Origin: Gammaproteobacteria bacterium
GTDB taxonomy: Bacteria > Pseudomonadota > Gammaproteobacteria > UBA9214
Length of the DNA stretch: 62,783 nucleotides
Direction: 5' to 3'
Assembly (NCBI GenBank): GCA_029860045.1
Contig: JAOUBY010000004.1
Span: 1 to 62,783, forward strand
Made by a program: the position numbers and the translations under genes
Notes under the pieces: generated by a model
Told to the model about the DNA's origin: nothing
Databases searched by the model: none
Seen by the model: the letters and a program-made list of their open reading frames with translations, nothing else
In this document: positions 46,998-56,870 of the stretch, piece by piece
How the letters are laid out: each line of letters starts with the position of its first letter
Position numbering within the stretch: position 1 is the first letter of the stretch

Positions 46998-47110
46998 GGG
47001 GAATAGAGGCCCGGGCGGGCCGCTGTGAGGGGCGGTGTCAGTAAAATATTTTATGGCGGACCGTCATTCGCCTGCTTCAGCCCGAGGCGTGGGCGGCCTG
47101 TGACCGGGCG

Positions 47111-48925
47111 CTAGCTGGCGCGTGCGGCGCGTTTACGCTCGTGCTCCAGCAGGAATTTCTTGCGCAGGCGGATGTGATTCGGTGTGACCTCGACCAGTTC
47201 ATCGTCATCGATGAATTCCAGTGCCTGCTCCAGGCTCATGCGGATCGGTGGTGACAATACGATGTTTTCGTCCGTGCCGGCGGCGCGGACATTGGTCAGT
47301 TGCTTGCCCTTGAGCGGATTGACCACCAGGTCGTTGCCGCGCGAGTGAATGCCGATGATGCCACCTTCGTAAACCTCTTCACCGTGACCGATAAACAAAC
47401 GACCGCGTTCCTGCAGGTTGAACAGCGCATAGCCCAGCGCTTTGCCATTACCGTTGGCAATCAGTACACCATTGATGCGTTGTCCGTATTCACCGGATTT
47501 CATCGGTCCGTAATGTGAGAACACACTGTAGATTAGACCGGTCCCCTGTGTGCTGGTCAGGAATTCGGTTCTGAAACCGATCAGTCCGCGTGCCGGCATG
47601 ATGTAGTCGAGACGCACGCGACCCTTGCCATCGGGCATCATGTCGGACAATTCCCCGCCACGTGTACCCAGCTTCTCCATGACGGCGCCCTGGTGTGTTT
47701 CTTCCACGTCAACCGTAACCTGTTCATACGGTTCGTGTGTCTCACCATCCACCTCGCGCAGGATGACCTCGGGGCGCGACACACCCAGTTCAAAACCCTC
47801 GCGACGCATGGTTTCAATCAGGATGGCGAGATGCAATTCGCCGCGTCCGGACACGCGGAACTTGTCCGGATCCCCGGTATCCTCCACACGTAATGCGACA
47901 TTGTGGATCAGCTCGCGCTGCAGGCGCTCATGGATATTGCGCGAAGTCACATACTTGCCGTCCTTGCCGGCAAACGGCGAGTTGTTGACCTGGAAGGTCA
48001 TGCTGACGGTCGGCTGGTCAACACTCAGCGCAGGCAGCGCCTCGACATGGGCCGGATCGCACAGCGTATCGGAGATATTCAGCTTATCGATACCGGTGAA
48101 GGCAATGATATCCCCGGCCTGTGCCTCAGGTACTTCGGTGCGCTCCAGTCCGAGGAAGCCCAGCACCTGTCCGACCCGGCCATTGCGAGTCTTGCCGTCC
48201 GAGTCTATGAGCGTGACCGGCATGTTGGTTTTTAGCTTGCCGCGGCTGATGCGGCCGACACCAATTACACCGACGTAGCTGCTGTAGTCCAGCGTGATCA
48301 CCTGTAACTGGAACGGGCCCTCCGGGTCGACGTTTGGCGGGGCGACCTTATCGACGATGGTTTCAAACAGCGGCGTCATGTCGTCGGCCAGCTGGTCGTG
48401 CTCATAACCGGCGTAGCCCTGCAGGGCGGATGCATAGATGACCGGGAAGTCCAGCTGTTCATCGGTGGCGCCCAGCCGGTCGAACAGGTCAAAGGTCTGG
48501 TCCAGCACCCAACCGGGGCGTGCGCCGGGCCGGTCGATCTTGTTGATGACGACGATGGGGTGCAGTCCGAGGTCAAATGCCTTCTGGGTGACGAAACGGG
48601 TTTGCGGCATGGGGCCGTCGACGGCGTCGACCAGCAACAGTACGGAATCAACCATCGACAACACCCGCTCCACCTCGCCGCCAAAGTCGGCATGACCGGG
48701 GGTGTCGACGATGTTGATGCGGTAGTCACCCCAGCGGATCGCGGTGTTCTTGGACAGGATGGTAATGCCGCGTTCCTTCTCCAGGTCATTGGAGTCCATC
48801 ACCCGTTCCGGTACGGCGGCACGTTCGCCCAATGTGCCTGATTGACTGAGCAACTGGTCGACGAGTGTGGTCTTGCCATGATCGACGTGAGCGATGATGG
48901 CGATATTTCTGAGTTTGCTGATCAT
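47111..48925 (-). CDS. typA: Translational GTPase TypA/BipA
   Basis: [23 protein letters not shown] and NKID motifs. 604 aa. Confidence 0.95.
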   Translation of the reverse strand: MISKLRNIAIIAHVDHGKTTLVDQLLSQSGTLGERAAVPERVMDSNDLEKERGITILSKNTAIRWGDYRINIVDTPGHADFGGEVERVLSMVDSVLLLVDAVDGPMPQTRFVTQKAFDLGLHPIVVINKIDRPGARPGWVLDQTFDLFDRLGATDEQLDFPVIYASALQGYAGYEHDQLADDMTPLFETIVDKVAPPNVDPEGPFQLQVITLDYSSYVGVIGVGRISRGKLKTNMPVTLIDSDGKTRNGRVGQVLGFLGLERTEVPEAQAGDIIAFTGIDKLNISDTLCDPAHVEALPALSVDQPTVSMTFQVNNSPFAGKDGKYVTSRNIHERLQRELIHNVALRVEDTGDPDKFRVSGRGELHLAILIETMRREGFELGVSRPEVILREVDGETHEPYEQVTVDVEETHQGAVMEKLGTRGGELSDMMPDGKGRVRLDYIMPARGLIGFRTEFLTSTQGTGLIYSVFSHYGPMKSGEYGQRINGVLIANGNGKALGYALFNLQERGRLFIGHGEEVYEGGIIGIHSRGNDLVVNPLKGKQLTNVRAAGTDENIVLSPPIRMSLEQALEFIDDDELVEVTPNHIRLRKKFLLEHERKRAARAS

Positions 48926-49155
48926 GGGAATGCCGGCCCCGTAAGGGCGCTTGGGTTAAAGGGCAGCGATTATACACAGAGAACCGACACCAGGCGTATT
49001 GTCAGGTACGGAAAAGTCCGATCGACAGGGTTTCTGCCGGGTCCTCGTCCCAATTACGGTGAAAAACAGCAAGAATATATGTGGGGCCATGGCTATCATT
49101 GCCACGTTTGTCATACGGCCGGCTTGTAATCCCGGCGTATATAGAGGGTATTTTG

Positions 49156-49521
49156 ATGAAATCAATGCTGGTGGTGGCGCATGGCAGCCGTCGTGCCGAG
49201 TCCAATGATGAAGTGCGTGAGCTGGCGCGGCTGCTTGGTAGCCAGGTGGACGCATCATTCGAAAGCGTGAGTTGCGCCTTCCTGGAACTGGCCGAGCCCT
49301 CGATACCGGACGGACTGCGCGCAGCGATAGCAGGCGGAGCCAGTGAGGTGGTGGTGATGCCGTATTTTCTATCGGCCGGCCGCCACGTGGTCACAGACAT
49401 TCCCGGTGAGGTGGATATCGTGCGCGCGGAATACCCGGGCATCACTATTACGCTGGCGCCTTATCTCGGTGCGGCACCGGAGTTGGCCAGTCTTATACTC
49501 AGGCATGTGCAGTCCGGTTAG
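49156..49521 (+). CDS. cbiX: Sirohydrochlorin chelatase, short CbiX type
   Basis: ATG at 49156 lies after AGAGGG. LVVAHGSR and the PYFLSAGRH motif. Confidence 0.8.
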   Translation: MKSMLVVAHGSRRAESNDEVRELARLLGSQVDASFESVSCAFLELAEPSIPDGLRAAIAGGASEVVVMPYFLSAGRHVVTDIPGEVDIVRAEYPGITITLAPYLGAAPELASLILRHVQSG

Positions 49522-49528
49522 ATTGTAT

Positions 49529-49573
49529 GGGGAGAGTTTACTTAATGTGTACTGAATTAAGTAAACTCTCCCC
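49529..49573 (+). terminator. 18-bp perfect hairpin between cbiX and uup
   Basis: GGGGAGAGTTTACTTAAT-GTGTACTGA-ATTAAGTAAACTCTCCCC. No T-tract, so it may be a terminator or a processing/regulatory element. Confidence 0.5.
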
Positions 49574-49608
49574 ATGACTTCCATGACTATCCTGAACGTT
49601 ATCTGATC

Positions 49609-51504
49609 ATGCCGTTACTCAGGCTTGACGGGGTTTCACTTGCTTTCGGGCACCGTCCGCTGCTGGAAGCGGTCGACCTGGAATTGTACAAGAGTGAGCG
49701 GGTTTGCCTGGTCGGGCGCAACGGTGAGGGAAAGTCTTCCCTGTTGCGCGTGATCAGCGGCGAATATGCTGTCGATGATGGCAGCGTCTGGCTGCGCCCG
49801 GGCATGCGTGTTGCCAGCCTGGCACAGGAAGTCGTGCTCGATTCCCGGGAGAGTGTGTTCGACATCGTGGCCGGTGGCCTGCCCGAGCAGGGCAGGCTGA
49901 TTGCCGATTACCATCATGCCGCTGCACAGCTTGAGCAATCGCGTGAGCCGGCCGCGTTGCAACGACTTGCCGATCTGCAACAGGCGCTCGAGGCGGCCGG
50001 TGGCTGGCAACTGGAACAGCGCGTGGAAACCGTGCTGTCACGCCTGGGCCTGGATGGTGATGCGTCATTCAATACACTTTCCGGCGGCTGGCGTCGTCGT
50101 GTCATGCTGGCGCGTGCGCTGGTGTGTGAGCCGGACATTCTGCTGCTGGACGAGCCGACCAACCATCTCGACATCGAGGCCATCACCTGGCTGGAGGACT
50201 TCATGATGGAGTTCCCGGGCGCGCTGCTGTTTATTACCCATGACCGTACCTTCGTACGCAGGCTGGCGACTCGTGTTATCGAACTTGACCGCGGCCAGCT
50301 GACTTCCTGGCCCGGTGGCTATGATGACTACCTGCGGCGCAAGGCGGGACAGCTGGAGGTGGAAGCGCGCCAGGATGCCCTGTTTGACAAGAAGCTGTCG
50401 CAGGAGGAGGCGTGGATACGGCAGGGTATCAAGGCGCGGCGCACGCGCAATGAAGGTCGGGTGCGTGCGCTGAAAGACCTGCGCGAGCAGCGTCGTGAGC
50501 GTCGTGTGCGTTCCGGTAATGTCGATCTGAACCTCGATTATGGTGAGCAGTCCGGTCGACTGGTGTTCGAGGCCGAGCATGTCACGGTCAGTTTTTCTGA
50601 CAAGGTTATCTTGCGTGACTTTTCCACCACCATCCTGCGTGGTGACCGGGTTGGCATCATTGGCCCTAATGGTGCAGGCAAGTCCACCCTGATCAGGACA
50701 CTACTGGGTGAGCTGAAGCCAGACAGTGGCCGGGTGCGGCGTGGCACGCGTCAACAGGTGGCCTATTTCGACCAGCAGCGCGGTCAGCTTGACCCGGACA
50801 AGGCGGTAATGGACAGTGTTGCCGAGGGCAGTCGACGTGTGCGGGTGAACGGGCGTGACCGGCACGTGGCCGGATACCTGCGCGACTTCCTGTTCCCGCC
50901 GGAACGCCTGCAGTCGCCGGTCAGCACGTTGTCCGGTGGTGAGCGTAACCGTTTGTTGCTGGCGCGCCTGTTCGCCCGGCCCGCCAATCTGCTGGTGATG
51001 GACGAGCCAACCAATGATCTGGATGTCGAGACACTGGAGCTGCTGGAAGAGTTGTTGATGGACTATGACGGCACGCTGCTACTGGTGAGTCACGACCGTG
51101 CCTTCCTGGATAACGTGGTGACCAGCACACTGGTGTTTGAGGACGGCGGCGTGGTTGGAGAATATGTCGGCGGCTATGCCGACTGGCTACGTCAGCGCGA
51201 ATCAAGGCCCGCGCCGGCAACCAAAGCGACGGCACCCGTATCACGACCGGTAATAGAGAAAACCGTGTCAGACAACAAGCCGAAGAAACTGTCATACAAG
51301 GACCAGCGTGAACTGGATGGCTTGCCGGCCCGCATCGAGTCGCTGGAGACGGAGCAGACAGCGTTGCAGGATGCGATCAATGCCAGCGGTTTCTACCAGC
51401 TGGAGGCTGATGCCATTGCCGTGACACTGGCGCGTCTGGAGAGCGTGGGCAACGAGCTGGAGACCTGTTATGTGCGCTGGGAGTCGCTGGAGGCCGGCGG
51501 GTGA
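49609..51504 (+). CDS. uup: ABC-F ATPase Uup
   Basis: Two ABC cassettes (GRNGEGKSS, GPNGAGKST), LSGG signatures and a C-terminal coiled-coil tail. 631 aa. Confidence 0.9.
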   Translation: MPLLRLDGVSLAFGHRPLLEAVDLELYKSERVCLVGRNGEGKSSLLRVISGEYAVDDGSVWLRPGMRVASLAQEVVLDSRESVFDIVAGGLPEQGRLIADYHHAAAQLEQSREPAALQRLADLQQALEAAGGWQLEQRVETVLSRLGLDGDASFNTLSGGWRRRVMLARALVCEPDILLLDEPTNHLDIEAITWLEDFMMEFPGALLFITHDRTFVRRLATRVIELDRGQLTSWPGGYDDYLRRKAGQLEVEARQDALFDKKLSQEEAWIRQGIKARRTRNEGRVRALKDLREQRRERRVRSGNVDLNLDYGEQSGRLVFEAEHVTVSFSDKVILRDFSTTILRGDRVGIIGPNGAGKSTLIRTLLGELKPDSGRVRRGTRQQVAYFDQQRGQLDPDKAVMDSVAEGSRRVRVNGRDRHVAGYLRDFLFPPERLQSPVSTLSGGERNRLLLARLFARPANLLVMDEPTNDLDVETLELLEELLMDYDGTLLLVSHDRAFLDNVVTSTLVFEDGGVVGEYVGGYADWLRQRESRPAPATKATAPVSRPVIEKTVSDNKPKKLSYKDQRELDGLPARIESLETEQTALQDAINASGFYQLEADAIAVTLARLESVGNELETCYVRWESLEAGG

Positions 51505-52400
51505 GGGGACTGCTTGCTGTGGTGCTGTTGTGCCCATTGTTGCTGTTCGCGCAACCCCCCGTTGCTGACATGCACCTGCATTACAAGTGGAGCCAGCGTG
51601 ATGTGACCACGCCGGCCGATGCCGTTGCTTTTCTGGATGCACAAAACATTGTAATGGGCGTGGTGATCGGCACGCCCGCTGAACTGGCACTGGAACTGGT
51701 GCGGATGGCGCCGCAGCGGATTGTGGCCATTTACGGCCCGTATCGCAGTGGTGGGGACTGGCATCGCTGGATCCACGATGAAAGTGTCGTTGAGCGTGCG
51801 CGGACTGCACTGGAGACGGGGCTATATCACGGTATTGGCGAGCTGCACCTGATCGGCGGTTTTGCACCGAAGCCTGATGCGATGCACGTGCTAAAGGCAT
51901 TGATGCAGCTTGCCTCCGAATTCGATGTGCCGATCATGCTTCACACGGAGTTTTCCAAACCGGATGTCATGCTGCAATTGTGTGAGCGTTTTCCGGATAC
52001 ACGTATCCTGTGGGCACATGCCGGGGCCATCCTGGCGCCGCAGCAGGTGAGGCAGGTGCTGGAGGCCTGTGACAATGTCTGGGCCGGGCTGGCTGCACGC
52101 GACTCCTGGCGCTTTGTGAACCATCCGGTCACATCAGGAGATAACCACCTGTTAGCGGCCTGGCGTGAGCTATTGCTCGCATATCCGGAGCGTTTCATGG
52201 TTGGCTCCGACCCGGTCTGGCCGGTCGAGCAGCTCGATGCCTGGGACCAGGATGACACCGGTTGGCAAGAGCTGGGGCGCTTCTGGGACTACCATCGCCA
52301 CTGGCTGCAGGGTATGCCGTCAGACACCGCACGCAAGCTTCGCTGTGAAAACGCGGTGCAGTTGTTTCGTCGCACAGGGGTCACGGATTGCGGAGAATAA
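51501..52400 (+). CDS. Amidohydrolase-2-type metal-dependent hydrolase with signal peptide
   Basis: The GTG start overlaps the uup stop (GTGA). Signal LLAVVLLCPLLLFA. MHLHY... and MLHTE, WAHAG and GSD motifs of the TIM-barrel hydrolase fold. Confidence 0.7.
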   Translation: MRGLLAVVLLCPLLLFAQPPVADMHLHYKWSQRDVTTPADAVAFLDAQNIVMGVVIGTPAELALELVRMAPQRIVAIYGPYRSGGDWHRWIHDESVVERARTALETGLYHGIGELHLIGGFAPKPDAMHVLKALMQLASEFDVPIMLHTEFSKPDVMLQLCERFPDTRILWAHAGAILAPQQVRQVLEACDNVWAGLAARDSWRFVNHPVTSGDNHLLAAWRELLLAYPERFMVGSDPVWPVEQLDAWDQDDTGWQELGRFWDYHRHWLQGMPSDTARKLRCENAVQLFRRTGVTDCGE

Positions 52401-52473
52401 CTGCAAGGCCTCATTTCCGACAGCTGACTGCCGGAATATCACGGCCAGCCTGGAGACAAGACGGAGGTGGAAT

Positions 52474-53337
52474 ATGCACAGAGCCATTCGTGAGGTCATT
52501 ACTGCACGCCGGCAGCTGGAAGGCGGCGGTTTCCAGGTGCGGCGGCCATTGCCGTCGGCAGGTATGCGCAGGGTCGACCCGATCCTGCTTATCGACGAGA
52601 TGGGGCCGGCGGATTACCGGCCGGGTGAGGCGGTTGGTGCCCCGGATCACCCGCATCGTGGTTTCGAGACGGTAACCTACATGCTCGATGGTGAGTTTGA
52701 GCACCGCGATTCAGCTGGCCATGCCGGCAAGCTCGGCCCTGGCGATGTGCAGTGGATGACGGCAGGGCGCGGGGTGGTGCACTCGGAGCTGCCCTCGCAG
52801 CGCATCATGCAGGCCGGTGGTCGGGTGCACGGCTTCCAGATCTGGGTAAACCTGCCGGCGCGCTTGAAGATGACGGCGCCACGTTACCAGGAGGTTGCGG
52901 CCACGCAGATTCCCGAGGTAGTCAGTGACGACGGGCTGGCACGGGTACGCGTAATCGCCGGAGAGTCGCTGGGTGTGACGGCGCGCATTGATACGCACAC
53001 ACCGATTGTCTACCAGCACTGGATTCTGCAACCGGGGGCGAGCGTCAGCCAGGCGTTGCCGGCCGATCATAACGGCCTGGCATACGTGTTCCAGGGTGCG
53101 GCCGAGGTGGCGGGAACCCGGTTGCTGGATGGTCAGATGGGGGTACTGGGTGATGGCAACGCCCTGTCGCTGTCCCTGCCTGCATCGGCTGAAGGAGAAG
53201 CACAGTTGTTACTGCTCGGTGGTGTGCCACTGAATGAATCAGTGGTGCAACACGGACCGTTCGTGATGAACACCAGGGCCGAGATCGAGCAGGCCATCAA
53301 GGATTATCAAATGGGACGTATGGGGGAGATCAACTAG
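52474..53337 (+). CDS. Pirin family protein
   Basis: ATG at 52474 follows GGAGGTGG. HPHRGFETVTYML is the cupin motif. The 103-codon upstream extension in the track overlaps the previous gene and was discarded. Confidence 0.9.
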   Translation: MHRAIREVITARRQLEGGGFQVRRPLPSAGMRRVDPILLIDEMGPADYRPGEAVGAPDHPHRGFETVTYMLDGEFEHRDSAGHAGKLGPGDVQWMTAGRGVVHSELPSQRIMQAGGRVHGFQIWVNLPARLKMTAPRYQEVAATQIPEVVSDDGLARVRVIAGESLGVTARIDTHTPIVYQHWILQPGASVSQALPADHNGLAYVFQGAAEVAGTRLLDGQMGVLGDGNALSLSLPASAEGEAQLLLLGGVPLNESVVQHGPFVMNTRAEIEQAIKDYQMGRMGEIN

Positions 53338-53361
53338 CCAGGCTGTCCCGTGCTTCCGGGA

Positions 53362-53925
53362 TTACGCCCGCGAGACAAACTCTCCGGTGCCGGTGTTGAT
53401 CTTGATCTGTTCGCCGGGAGTGAGGTATTCCGGTACCTGTACCACCAGGCCGGTTTTCAGCGTGGCCGGCTTGGTGCGCGAAGAGGCCGAGGCGGCCTTC
53501 ATGCCCGGCGCGGTGTCGACAATTTCCAGCACCACGGTGGCTGGTAGTTCGATGCCGAGGATGGCGCCGTCGGCAATCATGGCAAGGATGCCATCGAGAT
53601 CCTCACCGAGGTATTGCAGTTCTTCTTCCAGCGTATCCGTTGCCAGGGTGTACTGTTCGTAATTTTCCCTGTCCATGAAGGTGCAGCCGTCGGCATCCTG
53701 GTACAGGTACTGCACCGGCCGGCGGTTGAACTCAACCGGCTGGATGATCTCGTCACCCTTGAAGCGGTTTTCGTACTTGGTTTTACTGACGATATCAAGA
53801 CCGCGCACCTTGTACAGCGTGCTGCCACTGCGCGATGACGGGCTTTGCACATCCAGTGTCTTGATAATGATGTTGCGGCCATCGATATCGATGACCATGC
53901 CCTTTTTCAACTCGGCAGCTTTCAT
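53362..53925 (-). CDS. yeiP: Elongation factor P-like protein YeiP (EfpL)
   Basis: 187 aa with an EF-P three-domain pattern. The N-terminal loop SPSSRSGSTLYKVR is typical of YeiP rather than EF-P. Confidence 0.85.
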   Translation of the reverse strand: MKAAELKKGMVIDIDGRNIIIKTLDVQSPSSRSGSTLYKVRGLDIVSKTKYENRFKGDEIIQPVEFNRRPVQYLYQDADGCTFMDRENYEQYTLATDTLEEELQYLGEDLDGILAMIADGAILGIELPATVVLEIVDTAPGMKAASASSRTKPATLKTGLVVQVPEYLTPGEQIKINTGTGEFVSRA

Positions 53926-53937
53926 ACGCGCGGATAA

Positions 53938-54423
53938 TCAGTCGTGCGCATGTCCGTGCGGGCCGTGTACGTGGCCGTGCTCGAGTTCCTCGGCGGTGGC
54001 ATCGCGAATCTCCATCACCCTGACATCGAAGTTGAGCTGTACGCCGGCGAGCGGGTGATTGCCATCTACCGTCACGGTGTCTTCCTCGACCTTCGCGACA
54101 ACAACCACGATGGAGTGTCCTTCCGGGCTCTGGGCATTGAACTGCATGCCGGCCTGGATTTCCTGTTCTGCGGGGAACATGTTCCGTGGCACGTCCTGGA
54201 TGCGCGCATCGTCACGTACGCCATAGCCTTCCTCGGGGGGGATGGAAACTGACAGTTCGTCGCCGGCGGCCTTGCCAGCCAGTGCGTTTTCCAGGCCGGG
54301 GATGATATTGCTGGCGCCGTGGAGGTAGCAGAAGCTGCCATCGTCGGACTGATCGATAACATTGTCATCATTGTCTTTCAGGGTGTAGGAAAGGCTGACC
54401 ACCCGGTTGTTCTCAATCTGCAT
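53938..54423 (-). CDS. slyD: FKBP-type peptidyl-prolyl isomerase SlyD
   Basis: FKBP + IF-domain pattern (YLHG...PGLE, HPLAG) and a His-rich C-terminus HGHVHGPHGHAHD. Confidence 0.9.
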   Translation of the reverse strand: MQIENNRVVSLSYTLKDNDDNVIDQSDDGSFCYLHGASNIIPGLENALAGKAAGDELSVSIPPEEGYGVRDDARIQDVPRNMFPAEQEIQAGMQFNAQSPEGHSIVVVVAKVEEDTVTVDGNHPLAGVQLNFDVRVMEIRDATAEELEHGHVHGPHGHAHD

Positions 54424-54534
54424 CGCTGGACTCCTGTGTCTTGGCTGTACTATTCAATCTCAAATTGGCCGCGAATATTAGCACAGCTGTGGACATTGTT
54501 TGAAATTGACGGAATTTAACGGGAAACTGCCGCT

Positions 54535-54795
54535 ATGGACTGGCAGGTATACATCATTCTTTGTACGGATAATTCGCTCTACACCGGGATCACCAATGAT
54601 ATCGAGCGGCGCCTGTCACAGCACGGCGGCAAGCAGGGTGCCAAGTATTTTAGGGGCCGTAAGCCAAAACAGCTGGTGTACCTGGAAGCGGGGCACACAC
54701 GCAGCTCGGCGAGCCGACGCGAGGCTGATATCAAGAAACTCGGGCGCGTCGAAAAGCTGCGGCTGATTGAGCGGACAGGGACGGTAGAGCGCTAA
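54535..54795 (+). CDS. GIY-YIG nuclease family protein (UPF0213)
   Basis: WQVYIILCTDNSLYTGITNDIERRLSQH matches the GIY-YIG motif. Confidence 0.85.
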   Translation: MDWQVYIILCTDNSLYTGITNDIERRLSQHGGKQGAKYFRGRKPKQLVYLEAGHTRSSASRREADIKKLGRVEKLRLIERTGTVER

Positions 54796-54816
54796 TGGCC
54801 AGTGTGCCGGCAAAAC

Positions 54817-55377
54817 TCAGCTGTCGGGAGCAGGATCTGCCGGTGGCCTGGGTTTGCGGGGGGTGCGGGGGTGTGTGGATTTCTTTTTGACCTCCAGGGT
54901 GAACCAGTCGTCCCGGGTGATTCCATGAAAATAGTCCGCTTCCTCTACCAGCAGTCTTGAGGTGGTGGCCGGTACTGCGGCGATTTCCACGCGCACGCCT
55001 TCAGATTTCAGGTGGCTGACCAGTTCCACGTAGTCGGAGTCGCCCGACATGATAATGATGGTGTCGACCTTGTTGGCCAGTTGTGTCGCCTTGATGGAGA
55101 GGGGAATGTCTGCACTCTTGTGGCAGGGGCGTACCGAGCCATGGTAATTGGCATGCAGGCGTTCCTGCAGTTTGGAGGAGATCTGCTTGCCTTCGCGGAA
55201 ATACACCAGCCGGTTGAGCCCGCGGTTGCCTAGCAGTCGCGGCACCAGGGTGTCGAAATTGAGCATGGTGTTGGGCTTGTTGGTCTCCGAGTGAATGCTG
55301 CGCTCGATGTTGTTGCCGTCGATCAGAATGGCGACAGACTGGCTGATATGGACTTGCTCGGTTTCGCTGGCTGTCAT
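54817..55377 (-). CDS. NYN (LabA-like) domain protein with Pro/Arg-rich tail
   Basis: Start at ATG 55377 (MTASETEQ...). VAILIDGNN and IIIMSGDSDY are NYN/PIN-like acidic motifs. The upstream track extension was discarded. Confidence 0.8.
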   Translation of the reverse strand: MTASETEQVHISQSVAILIDGNNIERSIHSETNKPNTMLNFDTLVPRLLGNRGLNRLVYFREGKQISSKLQERLHANYHGSVRPCHKSADIPLSIKATQLANKVDTIIIMSGDSDYVELVSHLKSEGVRVEIAAVPATTSRLLVEEADYFHGITRDDWFTLEVKKKSTHPRTPRKPRPPADPAPDS

Positions 55378-55472
55378 GGGGTGGTTTTCCCTTCTCGCGC
55401 GGTAACTTGTACAGTTTGCATTGTACAATGCGCATTCCGGGCTGAATACAATAATTGATCGATGGAGATGAA

Positions 55473-55934
55473 ATGATGGGATTTGCGTTGCTGCTACACA
55501 TGCTGGCCGCAGTTGTCTGGGTGGGGGGAATGTTTTTCGCATACATGGTGCTGCGCCCGACTGCGGCGTCTCTGCTGGAACCGCCGCAGCGCCTGACACT
55601 CTGGGCCGGTGTGTTTGGCCGCTTCTTTCCCTGGGTGTTCGCCGCGATTGCCACGATACTGGCAACCGGTTACTGGATGGTGCTGGTGTTCTATGGCGGT
55701 TTTGACGCCGTTGGCCTGCACGTGCATATCATGGTCTGGAGCGGTTACGTCATGATGCTGCTTTTCCTGCACGTGTTTTTTGCGCCCTATAAACGTCTGA
55801 AACAGGCGGTAGCGACGGCCGACTGGCAGGCAGGTGGCAAGCAACTGGCGCAGATCCGGGGGCTGGTCGGCGCCAACCTGGTGCTGGGTATGCTGGTGAT
55901 TGCCATTGCCTCGGGTGGTCGCTACCTGCTGTGA
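55473..55934 (+). CDS. CopD-like integral membrane protein
   Basis: Four TM helices. The LLHMLAAVVWVGGMFF pattern is typical of small CopD-family proteins. Confidence 0.6.
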   Translation: MMGFALLLHMLAAVVWVGGMFFAYMVLRPTAASLLEPPQRLTLWAGVFGRFFPWVFAAIATILATGYWMVLVFYGGFDAVGLHVHIMVWSGYVMMLLFLHVFFAPYKRLKQAVATADWQAGGKQLAQIRGLVGANLVLGMLVIAIASGGRYLL

Positions 55935-56024
55935 GCCGCTGGCTTGCCTGATCCGGTAATGGCAGCTACCCTGTTAGTCAGATGGCAGTAAAAACTGCCA
56001 CGGCCACTACAGAGGAGGTCGCGC

Positions 56025-56378
56025 GTGATGAACAGCAACGGTGGGAACGGGGCGGCAATACCGGGTTTTCCGCATGCCCCGGACGGTTGGACCCGGGCGG
56101 AAGCATCGAGTGCGGCACAGGCAGACGGTGTTGTGCCTGATGAATCACACTGGGAAGCTGTACGCGCCCTGCAGGAATATTTCGCACGTCATGCCGACAC
56201 ACCGAGCATCAACTCCCGGGACCTCCATGATGCACTGGAAGAACATTTCCACAGCCTGGGTGGTATGAGATACCTGTACACGTTATTCCCCGGTGGTCCG
56301 GTTACACAGGGCTGCCGTATTGCCGGTCTGGAAGCGCCTCCCGGTAGTGCCGATCCGGGATTTGGCAGTGTTCAGTAA
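56025..56378 (+). CDS. TusE/DsrC/DsvC-family protein, C-terminal catalytic Cys replaced (ends ...GFGSVQ)
   Basis: HWEAVRALQEYF and RYLYTLFPGGPVTQGCRIAGL align with the TusE/DsrC core as recalled. SD is GAGGAGG. Confidence 0.8.
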   Translation: MMNSNGGNGAAIPGFPHAPDGWTRAEASSAAQADGVVPDESHWEAVRALQEYFARHADTPSINSRDLHDALEEHFHSLGGMRYLYTLFPGGPVTQGCRIAGLEAPPGSADPGFGSVQ

Positions 56379-56447
56379 CAGCGCCTTCCTGCGCTTTCAC
56401 GAATTGTTGTTGTCCCGCCAGTTACCACGGGTTATGCGGGTGTACCG

Positions 56448-56825
56448 ATGAATCACACTGTCACCGTTAACGGCAAGTCGTTACGGGTCGCACTCAGCAA
56501 GGCGGCAAAGCGGGCACTGGAACGGCGTGCCGATGCACTGTTGCTGGAAATGGAGCTTTATTTCAGTTGCCTGATTCGCAAGCGCGTCTATGTGCGCGAT
56601 GACTTCAAGGGTGTGAATGCCATTCCGGTGAGCGACAAGCTGCACATCAGTTTTCGGCCGGTGATGACGCAGAGCTGTGCCATCCGTGACGTGCCGCGCG
56701 ATAATCCGCCGGTGCGTGACATGCCGATCGTGCGACCGGAGCGCTACTTCCCGCACTGGTTGACGCTCGACTACCGACGCGGGGAATGGCTGGCCGAATT
56801 TGGTTATGCCGGTGAAGCTGCCTGA
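56448..56825 (+). CDS. Hypothetical protein (125 aa)
   Basis: Clean ORF 69 nt downstream of the DsrC-like gene. No recognised domain. Confidence 0.5.
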   Translation: MNHTVTVNGKSLRVALSKAAKRALERRADALLLEMELYFSCLIRKRVYVRDDFKGVNAIPVSDKLHISFRPVMTQSCAIRDVPRDNPPVRDMPIVRPERYFPHWLTLDYRRGEWLAEFGYAGEAA

Positions 56826-56870
56826 CGCACGATGATGCCGGAAACGGTGTTTGATCCCCTGCCGTTGTAT

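Noticed and set aside
52165-52473. 103-codon N-terminal extension of the pirin ORF in the track
   Set aside because: The extension overlaps the 3' third of the amidohydrolase gene in another frame. The pirin homology begins at Met 52474, which has its own GGAGGTGG SD.
4182-54423. Enrichment of translation/ribosome-stress factors (dbpA, rlmA, two ABC-F genes, arfB, csp, typA, yeiP, slyD) as a possible 'system'
   Set aside because: The genes are dispersed on both strands, in separate transcription units, and interleaved with unrelated metabolism genes. This looks like ordinary core-genome content rather than a functional cluster.
55378-55665. 96-codon upstream extension of the NYN-domain ORF
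   Set aside because: The extension is Pro/Arg/Ala-rich and overlaps the CopD-like gene start region. NYN homology begins at Met 55377.
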